The notes under the pieces are model-generated. The model made no database searches, had not been told where the DNA came from, and saw only the letters and a list, made by a program, of their open reading frames with translations. Both the position numbers and the translations under genes were made by a program. A stretch of DNA of 64,000 bases from an uncultured Gammaproteobacteria bacterium. Its GTDB lineage: Bacteria; Patescibacteriota; Patescibacteriia; Magasanikbacterales; GWA2-37-8. The number at the start of each line of letters is the position of its first letter. The first letter of the stretch is position 1. The stretch spans positions 26,350 through 90,349 of the forward strand of contig CAYXJO010000002.1 of the NCBI GenBank assembly GCA_964465205.1, in the 5' to 3' direction. This document shows, piece after piece, positions 28,938-38,356 of the stretch.

Positions 28938-28957
28938 TTTTTTGACTCGTATATAAT

Positions 28958-29473
28958 ATGAAAAAAGTTGCTATAATTATCGCGAGTCATGGTTATCAGC
29001 CTGTGGAGTATGGTGCGCCCAAACACATACTTGAAGCTGCCGGGTTGACAGTGGTCACAATTAGCGATGAGCCGGGCGAGGCCGAAGCGGCCTATGACGG
29101 CAGTCGTACCAAAGTGGATGTGGTTTTGACACAAGTACAAGTAGGTGATTACGACGGTGTGTTTTTGGTGGGTGGTCCGGGCGCGCCTAGACATTTAGAA
29201 AATGAGAACGTTTATAAAATCATGCGCGAAGTGGCGACTAGCGGTAAACCGTGGGGAGCCATTTGCTATTCTACCCGCGTATTAGCACATGCTGGAATTT
29301 TGAAGGACAGAAAAGTCACCGGTTGGGACGGAGATGGGGAGTTAGAAGGAATTTTAATACGCGCGGGGGCTGAATATGTACGCGAACCGGTTTGGGTGGA
29401 TAGGGATTTGATTACTGCTGTCGGGCCGAAGTTTGCCGAGGCTTGGGGGAAAGAGATTTTGAAGAAGTTGTGA
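28958..29473 (+). CDS. DJ-1/PfpI family protein
   Basis: YDGVFLVGGPG, GAICYS (catalytic Cys), LITAVGP. Confidence 0.92.
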   Translation: MKKVAIIIASHGYQPVEYGAPKHILEAAGLTVVTISDEPGEAEAAYDGSRTKVDVVLTQVQVGDYDGVFLVGGPGAPRHLENENVYKIMREVATSGKPWGAICYSTRVLAHAGILKDRKVTGWDGDGELEGILIRAGAEYVREPVWVDRDLITAVGPKFAEAWGKEILKKL

Positions 29474-29492
29474 TCTGTTTTTTAATATCAAA

Positions 29493-30476
29493 CTACACTA
29501 GCTCTGGTTGGGTTTTGTTAAATTTTTTTATCATTTTTTCTACACCTTTTTTATCAAGTAACCCATTTTGGGCACCAAATTGTTGAATTACGCCGCAGCT
29601 ATTGGCGATGCCCCACTGCAAAGCAGTGGATAAATCGTGTTTCATAGCGCGTGCCGCCAAGTAACCCGATGAGAAAGCATCGCCGGCGCCGGTTTTGGCG
29701 ATTACTTCGACCGGGTAGCTATCGAGATGCCAGACATTTTCTTTGTCTCCTACCCAAGCGCCATTGCCACCATCGGTAATGGCGACTTCTTTGGCGCCCA
29801 TGTTTAATAATTTATGAATTAGAGCACGAACTGTTTTTTCTTTTTTTAATGTTGTATTGGCGATTAGTTCCGCTTCTTGTAAATTGATGACTAGCAAATC
29901 GATATGAGATAAAAATTCGCGTACATTTTCCAAGGTGTTTTTCAATTGATAAGAACCGGGATTCATGGCTACGCGTACGGACGGGTGTTTGGTGATCCAA
30001 GTTAATAAATTATTTTGGAGTGTTTCAAAACCTTCGCTTAAACCAGAATAGTAAATCCAATCACATTCTGGCATTTGTTTTGGCCAAGCATATTTACGTT
30101 TGGCATGATAAGAAAGAATTGTGCGTTCGCCTTTGAAATTGAGTACCACCGAATAGCGAGTTTTGGTTTTGGGATCAAAATATATCATGTCGGTGTTAAC
30201 CCCAAATTTTTGTAATTCACTACTTACCAATTCGCCGTTGGCATCACTGCCAATTGTAGTAATTATGGCAGTGGTTAGCCCGAGTTTGGCGGTGCCGCAA
30301 GCAACATTCGCCGCATTGCCGCCTAGATTTTGGAAGCTATCGGTAATGGGCACTTTACTGGCATAGTCTAAACATAGATGACAATGGTCTTGGTTGATGT
30401 CGCAATTTACGGTTGCAGCATCAATTTTTAGGTGAGTGTCAATCAGTGCGTCACCGATGGTGATAATTTTAAACAT
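29493..30476 (-). CDS. PfkB family carbohydrate kinase
   Basis: GGNAANVA, IGSDANG, TGAGDAF. Confidence 0.93.
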   Translation of the reverse strand: MFKIITIGDALIDTHLKIDAATVNCDINQDHCHLCLDYASKVPITDSFQNLGGNAANVACGTAKLGLTTAIITTIGSDANGELVSSELQKFGVNTDMIYFDPKTKTRYSVVLNFKGERTILSYHAKRKYAWPKQMPECDWIYYSGLSEGFETLQNNLLTWITKHPSVRVAMNPGSYQLKNTLENVREFLSHIDLLVINLQEAELIANTTLKKEKTVRALIHKLLNMGAKEVAITDGGNGAWVGDKENVWHLDSYPVEVIAKTGAGDAFSSGYLAARAMKHDLSTALQWGIANSCGVIQQFGAQNGLLDKKGVEKMIKKFNKTQPELV

Positions 30477-30493
30477 AGTTTGTTAGTTGTTAG

Positions 30494-30591
30494 ATAGCCT
30501 GCGGAATTTCTTTTGAGCGGGTTATGCCGCCGCAGTGGCATCCTCGAGCCCTCGCGGGCGAGAAAAGCGAAAAAGATTTTCCGCAGGCTAT
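30494..30591. repeat. Structured intergenic element, copy 1
   Basis: Outer stem atagcctgcggaa/ttccgcaggctat around a core shared with 36869-36970. Confidence 0.8.
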
Positions 30592-30594
30592 ATA

Positions 30595-30909
30595 TTACAA
30601 TTCTGGATGTTTGTATTTTTCCACCATTTCGGTGCTGTGCAAATGTCGACCACTTATGATTTCTATTAATTCAATGAGGCTGGCCACTGCCACACCACCC
30701 ATCGCTACCATAAATATTTTGTTACCAATCCAGATGGCATACGTCATCAGGCACACCGCGCCTATCGCGAGTACCGCATCTTGTTTTTTTTCCGCCTCCA
30801 AAAAAATCGCGTAAATCATCATGATGGCTCCTAGACTAGCCAAAATATTGAATATAATTTCCGGCCAGGTCCAAGGCAGGTTGGGGAAGTATGAAAAAAT
30901 TGTATCCAT
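30595..30909 (-). CDS. Small 3-TM membrane protein (paralogous to 30925-31146)
   Basis: Three hydrophobic segments; similar LAIGAVCLMTYAIW pattern. Confidence 0.75.
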   Translation of the reverse strand: MDTIFSYFPNLPWTWPEIIFNILASLGAIMMIYAIFLEAEKKQDAVLAIGAVCLMTYAIWIGNKIFMVAMGGVAVASLIELIEIISGRHLHSTEMVEKYKHPEL

Positions 30910-30924
30910 ATTATACTGGTTAAA

Positions 30925-31146
30925 TTATTTTTTTGTTTTAATTTTGTATATTTCCCACAAACTTGCGGCCGTGAAGATGATCTGTAGCGGAATAAAAATC
31001 GGATCGCGCAGATAAATACTATAAGCGAGTAAACATAATCCACCGGCAGCAAAAATCCAATCTTGGTTTGTTTCTTTTTTGGCGTAAATGCCCCAGGTAA
31101 TTAACAACACGCCGACTACTCCGAAAATTTTAGCAATTATAGGCAT
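30925..31146 (-). CDS. Small 3-TM membrane protein
   Basis: Three hydrophobic segments, FAAGGLCLLAYSIY; tight operon spacing. Confidence 0.75.
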   Translation of the reverse strand: MPIIAKIFGVVGVLLITWGIYAKKETNQDWIFAAGGLCLLAYSIYLRDPIFIPLQIIFTAASLWEIYKIKTKK

Positions 31147-31149
31147 AAT

Positions 31150-32094
31150 TTATTCTGTCCACCGATTGATATATTCAATTACTGCGAGTGCGGCCGTGAC
31201 ACCCTGTCCGGCGGCAATAGCAATTTGTTTGTAGGGGATATTAGTGACATCACCGGCGGCATAAATACCGGGCACATTAGTGCGACATTTGGCGTCCACC
31301 ACGATTTGTCCGACTTTATCTTTTTCTACCGGTACAAAATCTGAATTAGGCGTCATGCCGGCATGCACCATGATGCCGTTCACTTCAATTGTTTGTTCTT
31401 TGCCCTCGGCGTCCTTGTATTTTAGTGCGTTCGCCATTTTGTCGCCTACTATTTCTGTGGTTTGAGCGCCGTAAATTATTTCTACATTAGGTTGTTGTTT
31501 CACCTTTTCAATCAGTACATCTTCGCCTTTGGGGAAACCGCCTTTGTTTTCTGGCGTGTTAGTGTATTTAGAGATGAGGTAAACTTTTTTGGCGATATTG
31601 TTCATCATCAGTGCGGATTCGAGGGCGGCGTTGCCAGATCCAACTGTCGCCGTGATTTTGTTTTTAAAAAGTGGTCCATCGCATACCGTGCAATAAGTGA
31701 CGCCCTTGCGATCAAATTCTTTTTCACCGGGCACGCCCAGCTTGCGCGGGTGAATGCCGGTAGCGATAATTATGGCCTTGGTTTCAAAGCATTGTTCGGT
31801 ACCAGTAGCGTTTTGGGCACAAATGATCCAGTGATTTTTTTCTGGTTTTAGTTTGGTCGCGCGCCAACCTTGTTCGATTTCCACTCCGTATGATTTCACA
31901 TGTTCGGCAAAATTTTGTGCCAAAGTGAAACCTTGCACATCAATGATGCCCGGCCAATTGTTTACCGTGCCGGACAGAGCCACTTCGCCCCCAATATTAT
32001 CGGTAATTATTTTGAAGTTTAGTTTGCGACGCGCGCTGTACACGGCCGCACTGCATCCGGCCGCCGATGCCCCCAAAATTACGAGATCGAGCAT
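31150..32094 (-). CDS. trxB: Thioredoxin reductase-like FAD oxidoreductase
   Basis: CTVCDG redox motif, IIATG, GIYAAGD, QIAIAAGQG. Confidence 0.92.
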   Translation of the reverse strand: MLDLVILGASAAGCSAAVYSARRKLNFKIITDNIGGEVALSGTVNNWPGIIDVQGFTLAQNFAEHVKSYGVEIEQGWRATKLKPEKNHWIICAQNATGTEQCFETKAIIIATGIHPRKLGVPGEKEFDRKGVTYCTVCDGPLFKNKITATVGSGNAALESALMMNNIAKKVYLISKYTNTPENKGGFPKGEDVLIEKVKQQPNVEIIYGAQTTEIVGDKMANALKYKDAEGKEQTIEVNGIMVHAGMTPNSDFVPVEKDKVGQIVVDAKCRTNVPGIYAAGDVTNIPYKQIAIAAGQGVTAALAVIEYINRWTE

Positions 32095-32098
32095 AACT

Positions 32099-32734
32099 TT
32101 ACGAATTTAATTTGTTTAGTAAATTTTGATAAGCGATTTTTGTGTCTGCCGCACCCGTGATGGCGCTACCTACGCAGAAAGCATCTACGCCCCAGGATTT
32201 TATCTCGGCAATATTACCGGGTTTTACCGCGCCGTCCACCGCTATGGTTAGGCGCTCTGACGTTTGGCGACAACTAATAATTTTTTCTTTAATCTCAGGC
32301 AAAAATTCGCCACCCTGACGTCCGGGGTGAACGGTCATGAACAGCACTTCATCTATTTTATCATAAAAAGGCACGACCGTCGAGAGTGATGTTTCGGGGT
32401 TCACCGCAATGCCCACTTGCGCACAAATTCCACGAATTTTGGCGATAACTATATTTGGGTCGTCTTTGGATTCGACGTGAAAGATAATACGTTGAACATT
32501 TTTTATTCCAGACCATTTTTCCAGTTCGACTAGTGGATGTTCCACCATTAGGTGCAGTTCCCAATTGACATTTAAATTTAAGTTATTAATATTTTCAATT
32601 TCGTCAAAAGATTTGTTGTCTACAAATTGGCCGTCCATTACGTCGATTTGTATTAATTTAAAAGTCTCTTGCAGGCGTTGTGCTTGGGCGGCAAATTCGT
32701 CAAATGTCAATGCCAAAATAGTAGGTATAATCAT
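32099..32734 (-). CDS. rpe: Ribulose-phosphate 3-epimerase
   Basis: IDVMDGQFV, HLMV, MTVHPGRQG, VDG; start set at MIIPTIL. Confidence 0.92.
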   Translation of the reverse strand: MIIPTILALTFDEFAAQAQRLQETFKLIQIDVMDGQFVDNKSFDEIENINNLNLNVNWELHLMVEHPLVELEKWSGIKNVQRIIFHVESKDDPNIVIAKIRGICAQVGIAVNPETSLSTVVPFYDKIDEVLFMTVHPGRQGGEFLPEIKEKIISCRQTSERLTIAVDGAVKPGNIAEIKSWGVDAFCVGSAITGAADTKIAYQNLLNKLNS

Positions 32735-32741
32735 AATTTTT

Positions 32742-33185
32742 CTACCCTTCCAGTTCAGTGATTTTTTGATTACGTCGCACCAGACGTGGGTGGCCATCAA
32801 ACGGTGTTTCAAGAAATTTTTTTACAATTGCTGCGGCGTGCTCTTCGGTTAGGTATTTACTGGCTAAACATAAAATATTGGCATCATTGTGTTTGCGTCC
32901 CAATTCCGCACTTTCGATACTATATCCAGAAATAGCCCGGACGCCCTTGAATTTATTGGCCGTGATACACATTGAATGTCCGGTCCAGCAGATCAAAATA
33001 CCACGCTCATCCGGATTATTAGAGATTTTTTCTGCGACAGCCGTAGCAAAATCACTGGCGTCATCTTCGGGGTTGTGGGTAAAGGCGCCTAGATCTTCGT
33101 ATTCTACTTCTAATTGAGTGTGCAAATAGGTATTGAGATACTTTTTGAGCTGAAAACCACGGTGGTCAGCGGCGATATATAACAT
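32742..33185 (-). CDS. rpiB: Ribose-5-phosphate isomerase B
   Basis: IAADHRG, GILICWTG, ANKFKGVRA, HNDANIL. Confidence 0.93.
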   Translation of the reverse strand: MLYIAADHRGFQLKKYLNTYLHTQLEVEYEDLGAFTHNPEDDASDFATAVAEKISNNPDERGILICWTGHSMCITANKFKGVRAISGYSIESAELGRKHNDANILCLASKYLTEEHAAAIVKKFLETPFDGHPRLVRRNQKITELEG

Positions 33186-33326
33186 AGTTGGTAAAATTAA
33201 ATATATGTTAATTATATCGCGCTGAGCTCTATTTTACAAGTTGTTTGACAGTTTTTGTTTTTCAGGTATAATTGTGACCGGTATTTTTTTGGTGTTATAC
33301 CTAAACCAAAACCAAGGAGGTACGCT

Positions 33327-33668
33327 ATGGAGCTGTTGTCGGGATTGGGTGCTTTGAAGGACTTTTTACGCCGTACCAAACGTCGTAAAGGGTCACTGCA
33401 TGTGTCTATCAAGGAGGCGAACCAGCAAAGCTTTCTATCTGGCAAGGTGACCAAAGACGGCATTAAATTGACCGAAACTGCTGTTGAGCTTACCTACCAC
33501 GATGGCAAGGCCAAGAATCCACACGTGACTTATATCGGCGAACACGCATCCAGTTCTGGTGCGAATCGCGATTCGGCCGAGTGGAGTCGCAAGTCGGCCT
33601 CTGGTTGGGTACAGGGCAAGGTGACCTTTGTGCCCGACAAACGAGCGGTGAAAAAGCCCAAAAAATGA
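33327..33668 (+). CDS. Hypothetical basic protein (orphan cassette)
   Basis: TTGACA-16-TATAAT (33245-33272); SD AAGGAGG; terminator cccggcc..ggccggg plus T-tract at 33692-33716. Confidence 0.7.
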   Translation: MELLSGLGALKDFLRRTKRRKGSLHVSIKEANQQSFLSGKVTKDGIKLTETAVELTYHDGKAKNPHVTYIGEHASSSGANRDSAEWSRKSASGWVQGKVTFVPDKRAVKKPKK

Positions 33669-33770
33669 AGCGTTTCTGCTTCCAACCAACACCCGGCCGT
33701 CTGGCCGGGCTTTTTTATTCATACGCGTGGTTGACAGAATAGTAATTGAATGGTAATTTGTATATACAGC

Positions 33771-33927
33771 ACTTGACCCGTTATCAGCGGGGAGCCGAAA
33801 GAAGAAATTCGCTTTTTGGCGAATATTAGACCTTTCCGGGGTGGCCCGTTATCGCCGCAATTAAGTAAAAGCACAAGATGGTACCGCCCTACACGGGCTC
33901 TTGGCACACAAAAAGTGTGTTTTTTTA
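33771..33927 (+). promoter_or_regulatory. T-box riboswitch (ultrashort Stem I, Ile specifier AUC) upstream of ileS
   Basis: GACCCG-UUAUCAG-CGG-GGAG stem I; S-turn stem II; CCCGUUA F-box; antiterminator CAAGA-UGGUACC-GCCC..GGGC-UCUUG; hairpin plus U-tract; promoter at 33731-33759. Confidence 0.85.
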
Positions 33928-33941
33928 TTATAAATCTAAGT

Positions 33942-36857
33942 ATGTATAATTCCAATGAAAACGAGCTTGAAATACTTAAATATTGGGACGACCATCAATG
34001 TTTTGAAAAATCGGTAAATGAACGACCGGAAAACAAGCCGTATCTTTTTTATGACGGTCCGCCATTCGCCACTGGATTGCCGCATTATGGTCACATTGTT
34101 GCGTCTTTGGAAAAAGATGTAGTACCACGTTATTTTACTATGCGCGGTTTTCGTGTAGAGCGTAAATGGGGGTGGGACTGTCACGGTTTGCCGATTGAAA
34201 ATATTATTGAAAAAGATCTCAACTTGACCAGTAAAAAAGATATCGAAAATTATGGCATAGATAAATTTAACGAAGCGTGTCGTGCCACTGTGTTGAAGTA
34301 TGCGTCTGAATGGAAAAAGACTATCAAACGTATGGGGAGGTGGGTGGATATGGAGCATGATTACAAGACCATGGATATTGATTATATGGAAAGCGTATGG
34401 TGGGTATTTCGTCAGCTTTGGGACAAAAACTTGCTCTACAAAGGTCACAAAGCCATGCATATTTGTCCACGTTGCGTAACACCGCTTTCCAATTTTGAGG
34501 TGACTCAAGGATATAAAGATGTCAAAGATATTTCGGTAACGGTGAAATTCAAATTAAAAAATGTTAAAGAAAAATTGAATCTGACTGACGAAGTTTATGT
34601 TTTGGCTTGGACTACCACCCCATGGACCTTGCCAGGTAATGTACTCTTGGCTGTCGGTAGGGGCATGGATTATGCAGCGGTAGCAATTGAGGGAGAGTCC
34701 GGTGTATATTTATTGGCACACGAAAGACTCGAAGCGGTATTAAAAAATAAAAATTATAAAATTATAGAGAATTTTAGTGGTGATCAGTTGATTGGCTTAG
34801 ATTATGAGCCCCTGTTTTCATATTTTGCCGATACCGCCAAAGCTTTTCGGGTGGTAGATGGCACTGCCTTTGTTACCACAGTAGATGGCACTGGCGTGGT
34901 TCATATTGCGCCGGCATTTGGAGAAGAAGACTATCAAGTGGGTAAACGTGAAGGCTTGCCGCTCGTCCAACATGTGGGTATGGATGGTCGTTTTGTAGAA
35001 GAGGTGCTGGATTTTGCCGGTCAGGAGGTAAAACCAACCGAACAGCCAACAGCTACTGATGTAGAGGTTATCAAATGGCTTGATGCTAATAATAAATTGT
35101 TTAGCAAAGAGGGGTTTATTCATAGCTATCCACATTGTTGGCGCTGTGATGCACCGCTTTTGAATTATGCGACTAATTGTTGGTTTGTAAAAGTGACCGA
35201 GATGAAAGAAGAACTGTTAGCCAATAATCAAAAAATTAATTGGGTACCGGAGCATATCAAAGATGGCCGTTTTGGCCAGTGGCTCGAAGGTGCGCGTGAT
35301 TGGGCAATATCACGTAATCGTTTTTGGGGCACACCGCTACCGGTGTGGGAGAGCGCAGATGGAGATGTTATTTGTGTAGGTAGTGTGCAAGAGTTGGAAG
35401 AATTGACTGGTGCCAAAGTGACCGATCTTCACAAACACAAAATTGATAATTTAGAAATTAATAAAAATGGCAAAGTGTACCGCCGTATTCCGGAAGTATT
35501 GGACTGCTGGTTTGAATCAGGAAGTATGCCGTATGGTCAAATGCACTATCCGTTTGAAAATAAAACCAAATTTGAAGCCAGCTTCCCGGCAGATTTCATT
35601 GCCGAAGCGCAGGATCAAACTCGTGGTTGGTTTTATACTTTGCACGTATTGGCCACTGCTCTAACTCGTGCTCCCCATTCGTCAATTCCAGTGGACACTA
35701 GCACCGCCGCTTTCAAAAATGTAATTGTACACGGTATTGTGTTGGCCGAAGATGGCAAGAAAATGTCCAAACGTCTCAAAAACTATCCAGAACCGGATAT
35801 TATCTTGGAGAAGTATGGGGCTGATGCTATGAGGTATTATCTCATAAGCTCGCCAGTGCTAGACGGAGAGAATCTCAATTTTTCCGAAGCGAATGTGCGT
35901 GAAGTTTACACCAAACTTATTAACACTCTTTGGAATGTTGTTGAGTTTTACAAAATGTATGCTGGAGATAAAAACAGTGCCGAAGTTACCAGCGAACATG
36001 TGCTCGACAAATGGATTTTGGCCAAGTTGAAAGAGTTGATCAAAGATGTTTCTGCTGGATTTGAGAGCTACCAACTCACTCGCGCCTCGCGTCCAATTTT
36101 GGATTTTGTTACCGAGTTATCGCAATGGTATGTGCGTCGCAGTCGTGATCGTTTCAAGGGTGATGACACGCAAGACAAAGCGGCGGCCGTAGCTACTCTA
36201 CGCGAAGTGTTATTAACATTATCCAAAGTGATGGCCCCATTTACTCCATTTATGGCTGAAAAAATTTATCAAGAAATGGGTGGCACGAGCGAAAGCGTGC
36301 ATTTGGAAATGTGGCCAGAAATCGCGACGTATGAAGAACACGTGCTTACTGATATGGTACGTGCTCGTAAAATTGTCGAGCTTGGTTTGGCGGCGCGCGC
36401 TGAGCAGGGGATTAAAATTCGTCAACCACTACAGCATGTTTATTATCAGGCGGAAAAACTATCCCCAGGTTTAGAGGATGTTATTGCCGACGAGCTTAAT
36501 GTAAAGCATGTTGTGCATACTACGGAAGTTACAGAGCAAGCGAACCGTGTAATCAAGGAAGACGCTATTTTGAAAGTTGGTTTGGATGTTGTTGTATCCG
36601 AAGAATTAAAAAAAGAAGGTTTGGCTCGCGAAATTGTGCGCACTATTAATCAGATGCGTAAAAATGCGAAACTAACTGTCAATGATGTAGTGAGTGTAGT
36701 TTATGAAACCGAAGACGAGTTGCTCGCCTCGGTGTTTGTGGAATACAGTGCGGAAATATCCAAGAGTGTGTTGGCCAAAGAAATAAAATCTGGCAAAGTT
36801 TCAGGTGAAGCTGTGGAACTCGATGGTCGCACTGTAAAAATCGAAGTAAAAAAATAA
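33942..36857 (+). CDS. ileS: Isoleucyl-tRNA synthetase, type 2
   Basis: DGPPFATGLPHYGH, WTTTPWTLP, DQTRGWF, KMSKR; start set at MYNSNENE. Confidence 0.97.
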   Translation: MYNSNENELEILKYWDDHQCFEKSVNERPENKPYLFYDGPPFATGLPHYGHIVASLEKDVVPRYFTMRGFRVERKWGWDCHGLPIENIIEKDLNLTSKKDIENYGIDKFNEACRATVLKYASEWKKTIKRMGRWVDMEHDYKTMDIDYMESVWWVFRQLWDKNLLYKGHKAMHICPRCVTPLSNFEVTQGYKDVKDISVTVKFKLKNVKEKLNLTDEVYVLAWTTTPWTLPGNVLLAVGRGMDYAAVAIEGESGVYLLAHERLEAVLKNKNYKIIENFSGDQLIGLDYEPLFSYFADTAKAFRVVDGTAFVTTVDGTGVVHIAPAFGEEDYQVGKREGLPLVQHVGMDGRFVEEVLDFAGQEVKPTEQPTATDVEVIKWLDANNKLFSKEGFIHSYPHCWRCDAPLLNYATNCWFVKVTEMKEELLANNQKINWVPEHIKDGRFGQWLEGARDWAISRNRFWGTPLPVWESADGDVICVGSVQELEELTGAKVTDLHKHKIDNLEINKNGKVYRRIPEVLDCWFESGSMPYGQMHYPFENKTKFEASFPADFIAEAQDQTRGWFYTLHVLATALTRAPHSSIPVDTSTAAFKNVIVHGIVLAEDGKKMSKRLKNYPEPDIILEKYGADAMRYYLISSPVLDGENLNFSEANVREVYTKLINTLWNVVEFYKMYAGDKNSAEVTSEHVLDKWILAKLKELIKDVSAGFESYQLTRASRPILDFVTELSQWYVRRSRDRFKGDDTQDKAAAVATLREVLLTLSKVMAPFTPFMAEKIYQEMGGTSESVHLEMWPEIATYEEHVLTDMVRARKIVELGLAARAEQGIKIRQPLQHVYYQAEKLSPGLEDVIADELNVKHVVHTTEVTEQANRVIKEDAILKVGLDVVVSEELKKEGLAREIVRTINQMRKNAKLTVNDVVSVVYETEDELLASVFVEYSAEISKSVLAKEIKSGKVSGEAVELDGRTVKIEVKK

Positions 36858-36868
36858 AGGCAAAATTA

Positions 36869-36970
36869 AAAAGGCCGGATACAATTTCTTTTGAGCGGGT
36901 TTGGACCCACAGGTCCACCTCGAGCCCTCGCGGGAGAGAAAAGCGAAAAAGATTTTGTATCCGGCCTTTT
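36869..36970. repeat. Structured intergenic element, copy 2 (also a plausible bidirectional terminator)
   Basis: Outer stem aaaaggccggatacaa/ttgtatccggcctttt; core nearly identical to copy 1. Confidence 0.8.
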
Positions 36971-36980
36971 GTTAAATACT

Positions 36981-38354
36981 TTATTTCGGCAGCATCTTCT
37001 TGAAACTAGCCAACTCCGCATGATAAATCTTCGTCATCTTATTATTAAACTCTTCTGGCAAAGTTTCAGCATCTTTAGTAGTGGTAAAATGTTTGACATA
37101 TTCCGACCACGGATGCAGGTGTTTGAGTTTATTGCGGGTAAACAGTTTCGCATAAAGCGATTGGTAATTTTTTTTGTGCAACGCGTAGAAAGAAAAATCC
37201 AATTCGTGTGCCGACCCAGTAGCGAATTCTGTTCCAAAGTAATGGTCAAACATGTGGGGAGTACGTAGTAGATTTTTTTGGTAGCCTATTTTTGCCGGGT
37301 CTACATCAGCTACTGCAGCAAACAGGAACATGCGTGCGCATTTGTAACATTTGTGGCACCACTGCGACCCTTTTGGCAACGGAAGTTCCGCGCTACATGA
37401 AAATTGGTACTTGCCATATTCTGGGTAGCGATGATGCAAGATGTAGAAAATATTTATTTCATCTAATGGTTGAAATGTACTACGTACCCCGCATTGGTTA
37501 TTGGTGAGTAGGCGTACAATATTATTTTGATTGTCGGTGTTTTCTGGTGTCTGGTCACACGACAGCCATTCTTTCCAACCGTTGTTCCATTCGTATTCGT
37601 TGTTGGAATATTCACTGCCAAATAAAATGTATTTGGCGCCGTGTTTTAGAGCAAACGGTACCATCATTATGGCCAACACGGTAGTTTGTGTGCCCCAGCC
37701 TAGTTCGGTACGCGCAATACCAAAAGCTTTGCCGTAGCGGAATAATCCGGTGTCGTTTTGGAGAAAATAATATTTGAGGCCGAATTCTTTACTAAATTCT
37801 TTTAGTTTTTTCAATTTGTATGCCTGTTCATATGGTTGGGAAGGCTCCTGGCAGTATACCAAAATTGGTTCTATACCAACTTCGCGACAAAGAGCGACAG
37901 TGGTCAGGCTTTCTTTGCCAAAGGTAAATGGCACAATCGCCACTGGCTTTTTATTTTTTATAGTTTTGATTTCTTTTGGATCGGGGAAGGTAGAGTGCCC
38001 GCCCGGTTTGTAGACGGTTTCTAAATTATAGAATTGTTGTAAATAATGGAGTGTCGGTTTGTTATCGCCGGTCGCACAGTTTATTAAGTCTTGAATTTGA
38101 TTTTTGTATAATAGATTCTCTGTAATGGGCGGGTTGGTGTTATATATTACTTTTTTCTTTTTTAAAGCCAACGGCACCACTTGAGTGGTGGCGTAAGTGA
38201 GATTCTCCAGCAAAGTTTGCTTTACGGAATTGGGAATACCACGCCAGACTTCTGTAGGGTATTCAATATCGTAATGTTTTTTTTGAATATCAATACGGAC
38301 GCCGCGATTGGTCACATGGGCATCTATATATAAGACGTTTTTGTCAGAAGACAT
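36981..38354 (-). CDS. MurL-like PP-loop protein (putative ATP-dependent peptide epimerase)
   Basis: TFGKES PP-loop variant; GSEYS; FSC...WCHKCYKC Zn motif, as in MurL-type proteins. Confidence 0.6.
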   Translation of the reverse strand: MSSDKNVLYIDAHVTNRGVRIDIQKKHYDIEYPTEVWRGIPNSVKQTLLENLTYATTQVVPLALKKKKVIYNTNPPITENLLYKNQIQDLINCATGDNKPTLHYLQQFYNLETVYKPGGHSTFPDPKEIKTIKNKKPVAIVPFTFGKESLTTVALCREVGIEPILVYCQEPSQPYEQAYKLKKLKEFSKEFGLKYYFLQNDTGLFRYGKAFGIARTELGWGTQTTVLAIMMVPFALKHGAKYILFGSEYSNNEYEWNNGWKEWLSCDQTPENTDNQNNIVRLLTNNQCGVRSTFQPLDEINIFYILHHRYPEYGKYQFSCSAELPLPKGSQWCHKCYKCARMFLFAAVADVDPAKIGYQKNLLRTPHMFDHYFGTEFATGSAHELDFSFYALHKKNYQSLYAKLFTRNKLKHLHPWSEYVKHFTTTKDAETLPEEFNNKMTKIYHAELASFKKMLPK

Positions 38355-38356
38355 AA

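Noticed and set aside
33816-33941. N-terminal extension of IleRS
   Set aside because: This is the T-box leader; the real start is the ATG at 33942.
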